Shown: piece after piece, positions 14,881-32,569 of the stretch
How positions within the stretch are numbered: position 1 is the stretch's first letter
Layout: each line of letters opens with the position of its first letter
From: Trichoplax sp. H2
Taxonomy: Eukaryota
DNA: 64,000 nt
Reading direction: 5' to 3'
NCBI GenBank assembly: GCA_003344405.1
Contig: NOWV01000001.1
Location: 1,364,001-1,428,000, forward strand
Made by a program: the position numbers and the translations under genes
The notes under the pieces: generated by a model
Databases searched by the model: none
What the model was told of the DNA's origin: nothing
Seen by the model: the letters and a program-made list of their open reading frames with translations, nothing else

Positions 14881-17546
14881 TCGACGGCATCTTAAAGTTA
14901 ATAGGAGAAGAAAATGAAAGAGAAAGCTAAAATAATACTTAAAGCCAAGTAGACTTAAAAAAATAACGTTGAAACTTTAATAATTACAATTATTATACTG
15001 TGATAATGATATATCCAACGATTTGTTAGCTAAAAATTGAAACAATTTTCGAATTTCTGAACATTCAATGTTTTGATGGTATTCCATTTTTTCGGCATCA
15101 AAACAAATTAAAGGAAAAAGTCATTTATTACCGTTGACGATTTAATAACTTTTCATATCTATATGGCTTCAGAAGTATAACTTTTTCCATACCCTATCCC
15201 GTCTAAACTTTGACATAAGCTTAGATGAATACATTGCAAAAGAACATTTCGATCAAGTTTAGCTTTTTAAAATTTTTAACCAATTTTCGTAACTTCGCTA
15301 TTTAACCCATTTATATTGCTTGATTTGCATTATTGAATTAGAAAAAGTATCAAGTATCACCCCCACGACAACAACATGAGAATGGCAAAACCTTGTGGAT
15401 AAATCTCAATTCATCCATATTTGTTTACTATCAATGTTTCAGAAAATGCGGATAAAGGATATATAAAATCAAGTTACTAATAATTTAGCAACTAACTTTA
15501 TTGATATTATTATTGCTCCTTTCTAATATAGAATCCATTCGATAATATTCTACAGTAAATTAACCTATAAATAGCTGGATTTAACTTGTACTATTACACA
15601 TAACATCTTTTCGCAAGCTTAATAGTAATATCATACCTTTAATTTGCCAGCTACATTTAGACTTATTCTACTCGTTTAACGCTTATTTCTATATTCAAGT
15701 AATACAATGAAAGATTATTGTAATAATAACTAGTAATATTTAGCTCTGATAATTTCAATATATGAGATGGATACATAAAGATGTTCATTGATGTAAAGCA
15801 AGACTAATGGAATAACAGGCAACTCTTGTTGTAATCAAATTGGATGTTAAAATTATGACCTCATTTAACTGCTAGTAACTTTCCGTAAATATCACCCTTC
15901 TACGCTTAGCCTATGTTTAACGAAGGAGTTGATAATTGCTAAAATAATACTACAGTAGTGCATCACAAAATAACAATTATAATTAGTTTCCATGTAAAGG
16001 TAATTATCTAAGTCTATCTATCATACTATATTGCTATCTAGGCTATTTTCCTTTAATGCTTGCTATGCACACGTATTAATTATTCATCAAAGATTCATAT
16101 TTTGCTGCTTACTTACGATACTCTCCACCTTTAATATATAGTTTTACAACTGTAACGCTTACTAATTCATTCGTTCATAAGTTATTAATTCATTTACTTC
16201 CAATTAATTAATTGTATCTGTGACATAATTACCCAAGTTGACTAGCCTAGATGGTATTACAGAAGATCTCATTAAATTAAATTTATATAAATATATATAT
16301 CTCGCATCATATATTAGAAGGTAGATTGTTGTAATACTAATCACCTGCAGTAAGTAGAAGCAGGGTTCTTGTTTAATCATGGCCTCATGATTAAAGAAGT
16401 GGCTTATCTTGATACGTATTTATAATAGTTAACGTGCAAAAGCGTTATTCATAGCTATACATTGCCCCATCCCCTGCAAGAAACTCATGTTACTCATCAT
16501 GTTACTTCATCATGATATGGATATATATATATATATTGTAACGAAGACAGCGATACTACTTTAATACATTAAATTTAAATCAGTTGTCATTTTCTAATAT
16601 AACATTTATTCGCTTAACTATGTAGATTCATTTGAGCAGCTATTTAATTACGGTAATACGGTATTATTTAGATATGCGCTGTTCTATTACTACTACTAAT
16701 TACTTCATTAAATATTAATTTATTGACGATAATTGGTATAAACTGTATGTATTCTACAGTTGCCTTTATCTACAATATATTTGATGTTATGATATAATTT
16801 ATGCAATTTCATTGATACTTATAACCGGCCTTTACAACATCTTTTGACACTGAATATTAAGACAGAGAAAAATGTATTCCTTCTTGCCAATATGGTATAG
16901 GTTATAATTATAGGTTTTCTCTCAAACCGATGAGAAAGCTATATATCAAAGATGAAAATAACAATAAAATGGAAATCTTTAACGAAATTATGGTCGATTA
17001 TTTGTATGTTTATGTGTAAAACTGCATCAATATAGTATAAAACCAATGTTTTAAATTTGTCTAGTTATCAACTGCTTAAGGTAGAGTAGAATAGTTTAAT
17101 ATTGTAAAATCCAAAGAGTTCGTGAATAATTGATAAGATTAATAGAAGCTCTATCTATAAACTCGTAAATACATACGAATGTTAAAACGTTTCAGTAAAT
17201 TGTAACATACAATAACGTTAAATTACTGTCAGGTAGATTTCTAAATGATCATAACAAGAAATCATGACAGTATAATTGCTTGCATCCTTTCTATGATAGT
17301 CCATTTTCATATACGAGTATTCAGAGAAAATTATAACTTTCTGCAGTATTTTAAACCATTTAAAATAAGTATATAATCACTAATTGATAAATTGATTGGG
17401 AATTTCGATTTATTTATACTTAAAGTCTTCTTTGTGAGGCTAAAGCTTACTTATGTCTATAGGTACAATATTAAATACGATAGTTAAAACACGTAGTTGC
17501 ACGTATTTGCTTTTAGTTTCATTCCCGCAGGAAAAAATGTTCGCCT

Positions 17547-20778
<3,232 letters not shown>

Positions 20779-23215
20779 GATTGGTTTATCTAGTACAAGA
20801 ACCACTATTTAATAATACAGCATACGATCTTCACCACTGGATTGAACTCATGACCATGATATAACCCTTAAAATAAGGATGTTCGTCAAGCACGTTGCTG
20901 ACGACACTTTAATGGATTCTAATGCCTTTTAATGTTGTACAGAATAGTCGCATGTGACAAAAGGGTCCTTCAACAGTGGTTAGATTATTATGATTTGCAG
21001 CGAATTCTTGCTAGCGTGAAGCTCGTAGGATAGTTATTGGAGTGATTCCAGTAGTCGTATGATTGATGATCCTTTGGTAATGATCAAAGTCTTTAAATTG
21101 TGTGGCTGTTTGACAAAGGAAGCTTTCTATAAGGCAGTTAGTTTACTATGATTTGAGATGAATGTTGGCCAATATTGTAAATTAGATTGGAAGTAATTTT
21201 CGCCATAGAAATTTGGTGCACGTAGTCATATGATGAATGATACTTTAGCAGCTATTTGACCAATAAGCCTCCACTGCTGTACACGCGGACAGACTCTTGC
21301 AAAATATGCGTACTCGCATAGTCAGTTTACTGTGATTTGATATGGATTCCGACTAGTGTCGTAGACTGATAATTATAATCGAATTGATTTACTTGGTAGA
21401 TAGTGCAATAAGCTTTCAAGTTCGTGAAGTTTAGCGATCTAGTCAGATTGGCAATTGCATGTTAGTATTTGCTCAAGATATCGAATAATGACTGGCAATG
21501 ATGATGATTTGGTTTAAAAATGGAAGGCAATTCCAACGTCAATATCTCTTAATCCCTTCAAAGGGTGAATTTTTGTCCTTTTTTCATGGCAGCCATCAGT
21601 GTAGGATCTACTGTGGGTATGTCCAGTATATTTATGATATGCTTGGCAATGTAGCCGTGGTGAAATTAGATACTTTCAAGCGATTGTATTATGAGCTGAT
21701 TGATGGATTTTATTCATTCATTCATTATCACTGCCAATATAGACGTGTTATCCCACATAACCATGGACAAGCGTCTCATCGGTTCATGAATTAAGCGAAA
21801 AATAAATGGAAACTCTTCCTTTCGAGTGATGCAGTGGAATCAAGGGGGGAGACGATATTTTCAGCACCGTTGTCAGTAGAGATAGCAATCAGAGATTTTT
21901 TATGGGCTGTATCTAGTAGCAACCATAGTGGTAGCTGGCTACTAAAAGGAGATCAATCGTCGAGATTGTGAGTAGAGTTGTCTCTTTGAGGTTCAAGCTT
22001 GAGGTTTATGCAAGGCATTCAAGGGATGAAATTCGATTGTGGGCGCTATCGTAAAGACTTTACAAGCTGGATACTAGTAACGAGTCCTTTGCTTTGGCTA
22101 ACTGATGCTATCGAACTCGAACCTTAATTTTAATTTTAAGGACTTGTTCTCTATTTCAACAGACTATGGACTTTACTGAGTACGGCGAGGAGCGAAACTG
22201 CTCGGTAGAATGTATAGTACAGTAGTATAGTAGACTTGTCGTCTATGACAGTACTGATTGTACTACTACTGCACCTGTAGTAACATTTCTAACTTCTTTT
22301 TCGAGCTTTTAGACAGCAAGAAAGAAATGACACTTCATTTTGCACAATAACCCTTGGCCAGAGCGTCCTCTAGCTATTTAGTTTGCTGGTAGTATTCAAG
22401 TTGGAAATTAATGTTAGATCATTTATTCATATCAGCAAACATGACAGATACATTGGCTAACTTTTCATCTACCCATTCATACAATCTTTAATATAGCTAT
22501 AGTGAATTCTAAAGGTACATCAAATAGTGGATAGATATATTTAAAAAGGAAAATAAACACCCCCAGGGTCTTTCGATGATTGCAAAGTGCTGGCATGAAA
22601 CAACTTGGATACTATATTAACTAGGATAAACTACCCAACTCTCTAACAAGGATTGATGACTGCCTACACATAAACTGTCATTTCCTTCTTGCTATGATTC
22701 AGTTTAAAATAGGAGTAGTTCGTTATTCAAGTAGGCAAATTCAAGGGATGACAATTTATTTGCTTACCGCTAGCTGATATCCCTGAGTGGCCATCATCAA
22801 AACGTTAACAATTCTTCAAAGTCCACGCTGATAGAAACGATAGAGTAGTGTTTAAATCAGCACAAACGCCATACAGTCAAAGGTAACTAACGCAAAACCC
22901 CTTCAATATCACAGGACAAACTATCACTTTGAGGACTGTCATAGAGCGCTGATACAGTCAACCCCAAGAAGAAAAGAAAGCGAATCCGTCCATCCGAACG
23001 TATGGCACGCATGCGTAATCGATCAAGCTCGCTGCTGCAATGCACTCCCCTGGCGAGCCGAGCAAACAAGTTTTTGTTCGATTGAGAATGATTAAACGCC
23101 AGCATCGATCATAAGCTATTGGATCCAAGTCTAGGATAAAAAAACAATTTTCTACCGATCGATTACGACCCGAAAGGAAAATATTTTATTCTTTGCATCC
23201 ATCAGGAGTAGCACG

Positions 23216-26200
23216 ATGGCGACATTAATCCAAATTTTTATGTACGGATGCTTGATATGTGGCTTAGTGACCGCAGCCATGACGGGGATTACCTTTTGGC
23301 TACAGGTGCACGAATTAACACTCTTGATCGTGTTATGCATCGGATCAGCAACGGTAAGTCATCATCATCAATCCCATCTTTACCTTAGTACAGTAGATAG
23401 AATATCATCCATGGACTCTAATATTGATCCAACCCAGTCAATTTTCCTTCGATTGTATCGTTGTGCAAGCGATGATCTTTCCTTGATAAGGGAGGGATGA
23501 TTTTGTATCGTTGCGCAGAAAGATCAACATTAATCAAGTTAGAATGATGACAGTAGAATTAGATAATATTATTATTATTATTATTATTTTTACCCCGGAA
23601 AAACGCTATCGCTCCCCCTCTTTCCGCCATTCGCTACGGGTAGGATCGCGCCTATTCTTGTCCAGAAGCATGCGATCTTTCCTCGTTGATAGGCTATCAT
23701 GAAGAACGTTGATTGCGTATCCATTTCAGGATACTTTCAATTGTAGGAGTAAATAGACCGACTTGACGATGCAGTATAGACTGACTTACTGTATCCGTAG
23801 GCCAGTAGGTTGCTTTATCTATCAAAATTTCACCCCTTTTCCATCCTCGACTTGTCGTACTGTAGCATGATCAAACTCTACGCCGATTGATATCAACATA
23901 TCGGATATGGAAAGTCCTTACTGATGGACAATCTATCCTCAACTCCTGGCTTCCCTTTTTTGTCGACACTTGTCAAAAATTCAATGATGAAATTAACGTT
24001 CTTTCGCGTGCAGTGGCACATCGATTGATTAGACAAATTTTTCAATCTCCTTAACGGCGATTACAATTGAGATTCCTGTAGCAATTATAGCAGCTACTGC
24101 TTTTACAATCATTCCCAACCCACTCTTTATTCCTTGTCTGATTCCATTGCATGCCATTGCAATAGACGAAGTAATCAACAACATCTAATTGATTGTCATC
24201 ACCATCAGGAGTAGATAGTTTACAGTGCTATTAATACAACTCAAGTTAAACTACTGTACTTTACTGTACAGTGTACAGTAGAGATCTTTTGAACGGTTTG
24301 AACAAGTCATCGCGCGAACTGATTGCTACAACATTAACCAATATTATTCCTCTCTTCCATTTCATCCTATTGCAATCTAGACCATGTTAGCCGCATACTA
24401 ATGGACAAAAATCACAAAATAGCATGCATTGGATTCAATTTCAAGTTGGGATCGTATGATCCTCAAGTTGAAAATCAACTTCATCTCTTTTCAATGATTC
24501 GGCTAACGTGTTGCATCAAATTTAAATACATCGTAAAATATCGCTTACTATCGGCTATTTTTTAGATAATACATTCTTACATTAGATACAGAGGTTGATA
24601 AAAAAATACTACAGTAGATAACTCATTGTATATTATCATCGAGCCATCATCTCATTATTCGCTGTAACTAAAAAAATAACGATTAGTTTAATTAATTAAA
24701 TGCAACTACTGTATATGAATGTTTTCAGGGCATGTCTATTTCTTTTTTTTGTTTTATATCAGTCTACTGTATTATGAGAATCATCGTTCATCTGCTCTTC
24801 ATGAATGAAGAATGAAAATGACATGTTGCTAACTTGATTTTAACATGGCGCCTACTTGTACCTAGACTGGCAAATTCACAGCTCAAGTTCTACTAATCAG
24901 TTTTACAATTCATCTTAAATAGAAGAAAAAAAAAAATCAGTGAGTTGTTACTATCACGTTGGGTGCCGTTGTAAAAATATTCTTTGTTGTATTGAGAGCG
25001 CCCATGTTGAATGCATTATCACTATCCACATTCTCTTACTTTATTCTACTTTCTTTCGACAATTTCTCATAGCAATATTTCCATGCTATCATTAAGATCC
25101 TTCATTTTTTGAAGAATGACCTAAATCATATTCATCAATAGATCGTATGGATGCACCGATCTTTATCATTGATTATAATCCACAATGGATATATTCAGCA
25201 CAGCATAAGCTTGCTTCATTTAATCATAATTTCATGCAGATTGATGTGGTAGAAGATTGACAATATTTATGTCGAAATACGTAGTGTCTAGTGATCAAGC
25301 ATTTCGTGGGCAATGGTTTGCCCATAACCCAAGTTTAATAGCTATCGTCAACGACATTAGCTTTATCAAGGTCGATCTTTGAAGGTGGCTCGATGACGCC
25401 TTTTGTGTTGAATGAGTTATTACAAATGGAATTTTTCCTAATCATGGTCTTGATTATTGAAAGGAATAACTTTTAGTTTCATTTTTTACTGCTAGTATCG
25501 ACAGTGATTAAAAAAATTAATCCTACCGAAAAATGGAAAAGTGGTAGGAAAATCGGCATATCCCTTTGATCAATTAATGATTGCTATCGTTTGAATCCCA
25601 AATTTATATTGCATATTAAGGTGATAAAATGACGTCTAGCGTTTGTATAGTTAAACAAAGAAAATCATTCATCTAAACAGTCGTTATGATGGCAATTTTT
25701 TTTTTCTCATGACGAGAATCAAATTGTATATTCCTCTAAATCGATTTTTATGACATTGTAGCTTGTAGCTACAGTATCTTGCTCAATGGACATGCGATGG
25801 AGCTAGCATAGATTGATAATAGAGTCTCCGTAGAGTTCTTTAACTCATCATTATTCTGCTGGTGAAGAAAGGGAAACAACAACAAGTTTAAACAAATAGA
25901 AAAATATGTTTAGTCATCAGCTATCAAGTTATGATAATTAATTAATATACAGTGTAATCCATTATCGTCCAAATTGCAAATTGTGTTACATTGAGTAGAG
26001 AGGAACAAATTAAACAATACTGTAATCAGCAATTAGCATCTATAAATTGTATCCGGGCTATTCCAGACATATTCTCCACAGCAGTAGTCATGGCCCATTC
26101 GTTGCATGTCTTCTAGGCGGCCATAGCTATAGGGCTACAGTGGAGGGGCTTTAATCAAAGAAGAGTGAAAAAAAAGTGGTTAACAGTAATGTATTACCTC

Positions 26201-29200
26201 GTTGTCATGGGGGATTATTTTATCCATTTCGTTTTGTACTCTTATTAGAAAGACATGGTCCAGTGAGTACCGGAGTAAGAAGTATTTGGTTGAAATAGTC
26301 CAATGATAGAAATATTGGCAAGAGCATAAAATCTGTCTAGTCCATGATATAACACACGGCCACGGTTAATTAATTAAACTTACTGAAAAAAAATGGCCTT
26401 TGAAAAGGCATTTTTTTTCTTTCATGGACGGAGGGATAAAAAAGATTTCCAATATAATATGAATTTTTATTGTTTCAAATCTGCACAGGGGAAATTAAGC
26501 TAGAAAAGACAATTATTTGCACCTTTCGGTGATGTTATGTTTTACTTTGCATGAGTTAACTTGAATACTAGGCTTTTTATCCAATCTAGAATGATGATAA
26601 TTTACTGTTTAAACTATGTTCATCATAGATTTTTCTCACCATCATGAAAAAGATACTATAATACAATAAGACGATCCTCTACAGATTTTATCCCATTGAT
26701 TTCCATTACATGATATATTGACAATTATCCACAGGATGACCTAGTGAGGAGCTGGTAATTAATTAATCTACATTACGCCATTGAATGCATACATACAATA
26801 ACGTATAAAATCATCACAAATAGAGATTGAAAACACTACTATAATTACAATCATTCCCAAGTAGCTGGCTTAAAGAAATGGACTAAATCAATGAACCACA
26901 ATATTAAGTTGGAACATTGTCAAAGTGGTTCATGAAATATTATTGTCTTGCTTACCATTTTTTGTAATAGTGCCAAGAATGAATAAAAATTCAATTCTCT
27001 ACATAATTAAAATAATTAAAACTAATATCAGAGCTGACTCTGTTTTTTTATCGATTATTTCTTTTGTGCAATAACATCGAAATTGACATGTTGACTAGTA
27101 TTGGATAGACATTAATCCTGCCATTGAAGTAATAGACTATATTATTCCTACTATTTTTTTGCATAACTATGTTGAAGGCTTGAACCATGGACGAGCTCAC
27201 TCTCCGGTTGATCCCATTGCTTGAATCCTATTTGAGTCGTTTACCTAATGGAAACTTTTTCACAGCATCTTGTAATACTACATTTATGATATCAAGAGAT
27301 GTCAATTTATAACTCAGCCCTGAAAATATAGTCTATTAGTTATTTTTAAAAGATATTGACTAGAACGAAATAGAGTTTGAGCATTTTATAATTGAAAGAA
27401 ATATATTCTATCAATGTTGAAGTTGTTCTATGTTTAACATTCTTGTTGAATTTAGCAATTGTTATGAATTTCATTAGTGCCTACGTACCAATCGCTTTTA
27501 ATGAATAACACGCTAATCCATTTTACCTTTTATTTCAATCTAGATCATTTTATCATCCTTTTTGAGTCCTTTTATTATCAAGTTACTTAAACATAGGGCT
27601 GGATACCTAGCGGTAAGCCGATCCTAACATTACTGTAGCAAAGTACTCAGATATTGTCCAAATACGTAACATGATTAATTTAATTTAATATTATTAAATT
27701 GGATTACTTTTGCTTGATGCTTACTAGAACTATTACAGTTTATTATAGTTAACACCATAATTACGATAGAGCAACATGGTAAGGTATCAATGAGCGTTAC
27801 TAGAGTATTTTTTTGCTTATTTCTTGCAGCTAACTAGTATATAATGAAGAAATATTACTAGATATTCATCATTCGTCATGATAGAATCGCGATCAAGCAT
27901 TTACAAAGATTTACCGTATAATCAACACCTTTATGCTATATTTTGTTTCTACATTTGTTAAGAGTTAAATCGTGTCTTCTGATGGAACACGGAACAATTA
28001 TCTACAATTACATGATTCATCTTCTTCCTGTTTGTACATAAATAATTCTATTATTTATGTATCATAAGATTTAAAATCAATTTCTAGATGCAGTATTAAT
28101 AATATAACTTTGATGACGATGTACTACATTCTATTTCGCCTAGCTTAGCTTAAATAGCCCACTCAAGTGCAACTTCAATATTTAGATTGGAATACTATCT
28201 TATCCTAAAATTTAGATATAGCTGCCTATTTAGTTCCACTGTCACTGACGTAAATCAACAGATCTAGTCAATGATATATTGTAGTGGACGTATTATTTTT
28301 ACATCATGTAGTCATCTGTCAATGTAGTCATATACGGTAGTCAATGCATTTATACTCGTATTCGCATTAAATTTATTTCTTACTATTATTAACTTCAAGT
28401 GAGTTATTTGATGAGTTGTGAACAAGCTATGTCACCGCCATCGATGCTAACATTTATTTCTTACAGTGAATAACGTCAAGTGAATTATAAGATGTAGTTT
28501 GTTCACAAACTGTATAAGAAGTGCTAGGCACACACAGCTCTACTATATATACATATTACATATATGTAAGAATATATTTACGTAAAATGCCCGATATTCT
28601 CTGAATATTGTAAAGGTATTGTAAATAATTTTGGTGAATTGGCAATCGCTAACATATTCACGCTGTATTTCTAGGTTGCAGCTAGATTGGCCTTTCCAAT
28701 ACTAACTATTGCGGCTATCATAACAACGTTGGTTATTGAATCTCTTAGCCTCTTTTCGCCATGGCGTTCACCCAGAAATATTATATCAGTCGTGTATTTG
28801 GTGTTTGCAGTCATAGCTGCTGCTTTACATTTCCGACTAGCTTATTCCATGTTTGGAAAAGGCTTTGATACGGAAACGGTATAATAATATCTCGAATAAT
28901 TATTTTAATGTAATATTTATCACTAGTTGTAGTAGTAATAGCTGTAGATAATGTCGATATTGCTTGGATAAATTTAGTATGATAAACTATATAGCAATAC
29001 TAAATGTACAAATCTCTTAAAACACTAAGTATATAGTTTTGGCTGCTCTTAATTTCAATAAGTGAATAACATATAAATTACGGTAGTTGATGAATTACGA
29101 TTAGAAAACTTTTAATTATTATTTCTTTATAGCCACATAATTTGATTTTGATACGAAAAGTCTTTATAATTACAGTATGTATTATAATATTAGAAATAAA

Positions 29201-31216
29201 AGATGAGCTGGAACGTCTATAGTACACTAGTTAGATCATTTTCTTGTTGTATTGTCATTAACACGGTCGATAAGAATATTTTTTCTTCGTACATATACGT
29301 AAATTTCTAACATAATTAATCTTAAAATTTTCTCGTTATAGTACGCAATTGATAAAGAAGAATCGGATAAAATTGATAACGTTATACTAAGACGTCAATA
29401 TCAAGCAAATGTTGGCCACCCTGAGTACATTGTTACATATGGACAGAATGATAGCGAAAGTGGCTATATACCAAATCAGGAAGGCATCGATTCTAATCTT
29501 GTGATTCATCTAGGAGATGCTATTTATCGATATGAACGTAATGCAAGTAAAGAAACTATGAGCCTTGGCTCTTTGTCTAACGCAAACGTAGAGGATCGAC
29601 GAAGCTACGTTAGTGGACCAATGGTAGCATATTCCAATAGTAGTCTCAACTTAATAGGTTCACAAAGCCGGCCAAATGTTAAAAATAAGATTCAATCTGT
29701 AAGTAATACTAGCTTGCGTACAGTTGATAGTTTGGCTAGTTCACAATCATCCTTTTTTGGCCGATCAAATGGAGCTGTTACTGAAGCAGTAGTGGTATGC
29801 GAGTACAACGGGCTTCAGAAAAATGCGACTTCGAATAGTATTGACAGATCTGATCAAAGGAAAGCTCAGTCAAGTGGAGAAGCAGCTACTGCAAACAAAA
29901 ATAAAAGACAATCTAGTAAACTCAACAATCAACGTGAAAATATACCAAAGAACAATACTAATAATGAAGGTGTGCGTGTTATTTCTAATAAAGTGCAAAA
30001 TCAAGAAAGAAATACCGCGGTAAGCGAGGTAGCGACTTCTAATTATGCTGTATGCCATTCCAGAGGCAGTCTGAATGCATTGGGCAGCAAAGATAGCTTA
30101 GTAGACCAAGTCGAAAAACAGCGCACATCGAGCCGTGATGGTACATTAGAATTTCAAGGTGTACGGAAAGCCAATAGTAAGAGTAGCTTAGTGGATCAGT
30201 GGCGATCAGGTAATAGCAGTGAAAGCTTGCATTCCACTAAGAGGCGTGCTAGTCGTGATAGCAATGCTAGCAACCACCTCGTCACTAGCGACGGTGTTGG
30301 TTATAATCAGGGACAAGCAATTACAAATACGCTGTCGACAAACGATCAAGCAGCTATTTATGAACCTTTAATGAGTACTCCCATAAGTGACAATAGTAAC
30401 GTACCGTTGAGCGAATACCCTGATCATAATATGAAGAAATTTAGTGACTTTATAAACCAGGGAAAGTATAATACTCAACCGAGCTCAACTAACAATCCCA
30501 GTAGCTCCAATCAACCAGAAATAACTCAGCCTGTGAATGTAGTAGCTTCAACTTCAAAACCAGTCGAAAGTGTTATTAATGCTCAGCACAGAGACAAAAA
30601 TGAACGACCACTTTCTGCTGACGTTGTTAACTTAAGACATGATGCAAAGCAAAAGCAAGGAAATGTTGTAATTGCACCTAGTATTGGTGTTGGCCAGCAA
30701 CCCCGAGCATCCGATACTTATTCAGTGGTATCAAATGCGAGCTTAGAGATGCCTTGGCTAGGAAACGGAGGTGGTCAACGCGACAGCATTTATTGCAATC
30801 CTGATACTGCAACATTACGTAATGCTAGAGATAGATTTAAATTAGCCGATAGATTGTATAATGATTTGAAAAAGATGCACAAAATTGAAGAAGATGCAGT
30901 TATTGCGGTTATCAAAGAGTACAAAGATATTATCCCTGTGTTAGGCGAAAAACATCAAAATCTCCGTGGCAAGGTCTATTGTAGAATCGCAAGGGTCTAC
31001 TACAACTATTTAAAGAAAGAAGAAATCGCTGGTAAATATGCGCAGAACTCGTTGCAGTTGGCACCTGAGAATAGTCAATCTGAAGTATGGTATAAAGAAG
31101 CCCAAGATATTCTACGTAAAGTTAAGCGTAAGGAAGAATGGCAAGACAGCATTAAAAGGAACCGATTAAGTAAATTAAGTGATACCGCAGATACGAAGTA
31201 TTATTATACGCCATAG
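23216..31216 (+). CDS. Uncharacterised membrane protein: ~4 N-terminal hydrophobic helices, a long S/N/Q-rich disordered tail and one C-terminal TPR-like helical unit (~761 aa)
   Basis: Exons 23216-23353, 27544-27612, 28675-28878 and 29342-31216 are all phase 0 with GT-AG boundaries and join in frame with the 571-aa ORF. Exons 1-3 are hydrophobic. The C-terminal segment RDRFKLADRLY...YKDII...CRIARVYYNYLK...WYKEAQDIL matches the repeats of the next gene. Confidence 0.72.
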
Positions 31217-32569
31217 TTATTGGGTATTAATGGCCATATTTATATAAGATATGAAAGGAAGGCATTGAGGGTGGAAAGACTGTACTGTATAATATCAGGT
31301 CATTTTCTTCTATATCTAACTGTAAGAGTTATTGTTTAAACTAGTCATGGATTGACTGAGTGATTTTATTGAATTCACTGTAATAAAGATTTTAGAGAAC
31401 ATAGGCTGTAATTTTGTGAATAATTGATCCAATCTGTAACTATGGCTAAGGAAATGAGAGATTTTATTCTATTACAACTGTTATTGTGTAATATGTGATA
31501 TTAGTACTTGCGCGTATGTAGTGTTGCTATTATTCCAGGTCGTAAGATATCCAGATTCTTGACTGATGGTGAAATTTCAACTTATCGGTCATTGAAGTAT
31601 GTGCATTTTTGGCGTATAGTTATGCAATGAGCCAGTAGAAGCCATGTTAATATATAAAATGTATATCTATACATGTAAAAATAATATATATGTATGCGTT
31701 TGTTACTTAGATGATTGAAGGTCAATTGATCTCATCGCCATTATCACTCATTTCAATATTATTAATGTGTATTTTTGTTACAAATAAACATCCTAAGATT
31801 ATCACCTTTACAGTCTGGATTGACTACTCACTTCTGTTTATTATAATTGAGCGATTGTAAAATTGTTGTGATTATGTAGATCACAAATATACGATTCTAC
31901 AAGGAAATAACTGTACACTTTTATCTAACCTGTCATAATTCATTTAGATATTCGGTTGGGAAACAGTATTTATCCGATATAAACGTCGTGCCTTGCAGTT
32001 TTTATTTACTGCATTTCGATGTTACTTTTTTATTGAGGAATTTTGTTTGAGTAAGAAAAGAGTTGTTTTTTCAGATTAAATCATGATTGTTGATACTTAG
32101 TTATTCTTCAACATTTCATTTAGATCGAATAAAATCAACGAAATACCACGCAATAGTTGTCGTTTTATGGATTAATATGATGTTATGGATAGTAATATAC
32201 AATCTTTGTATATTGTCAAATCTACAGTACATCGAGTGCAGCTTATATGATGTTAGCATACAGTAAAGTATGTTCATATGAACATTTTTTAAAATCAAAA
32301 TTACTTGAGATAAATGATTGGCGATAGCTTTACCAACGATTAACAAAGGCCATGGTTAAGTTTTTTTCACAATGGCTTTTTTTATTAACCTAAAGAGTCC
32401 AAAATTAGAACATTTATGACGACAATAAATTATATTTATAGCACTCATTATCATATAATTAGTACCATTATAACTTCATCAAGTGCAAAATGCGACATTT
32501 AATGTTGAACATTTATTTAGTCAAGCGTTTACTATGCCAATCTTCATTTTCAGTAGTTACATAAAATCA

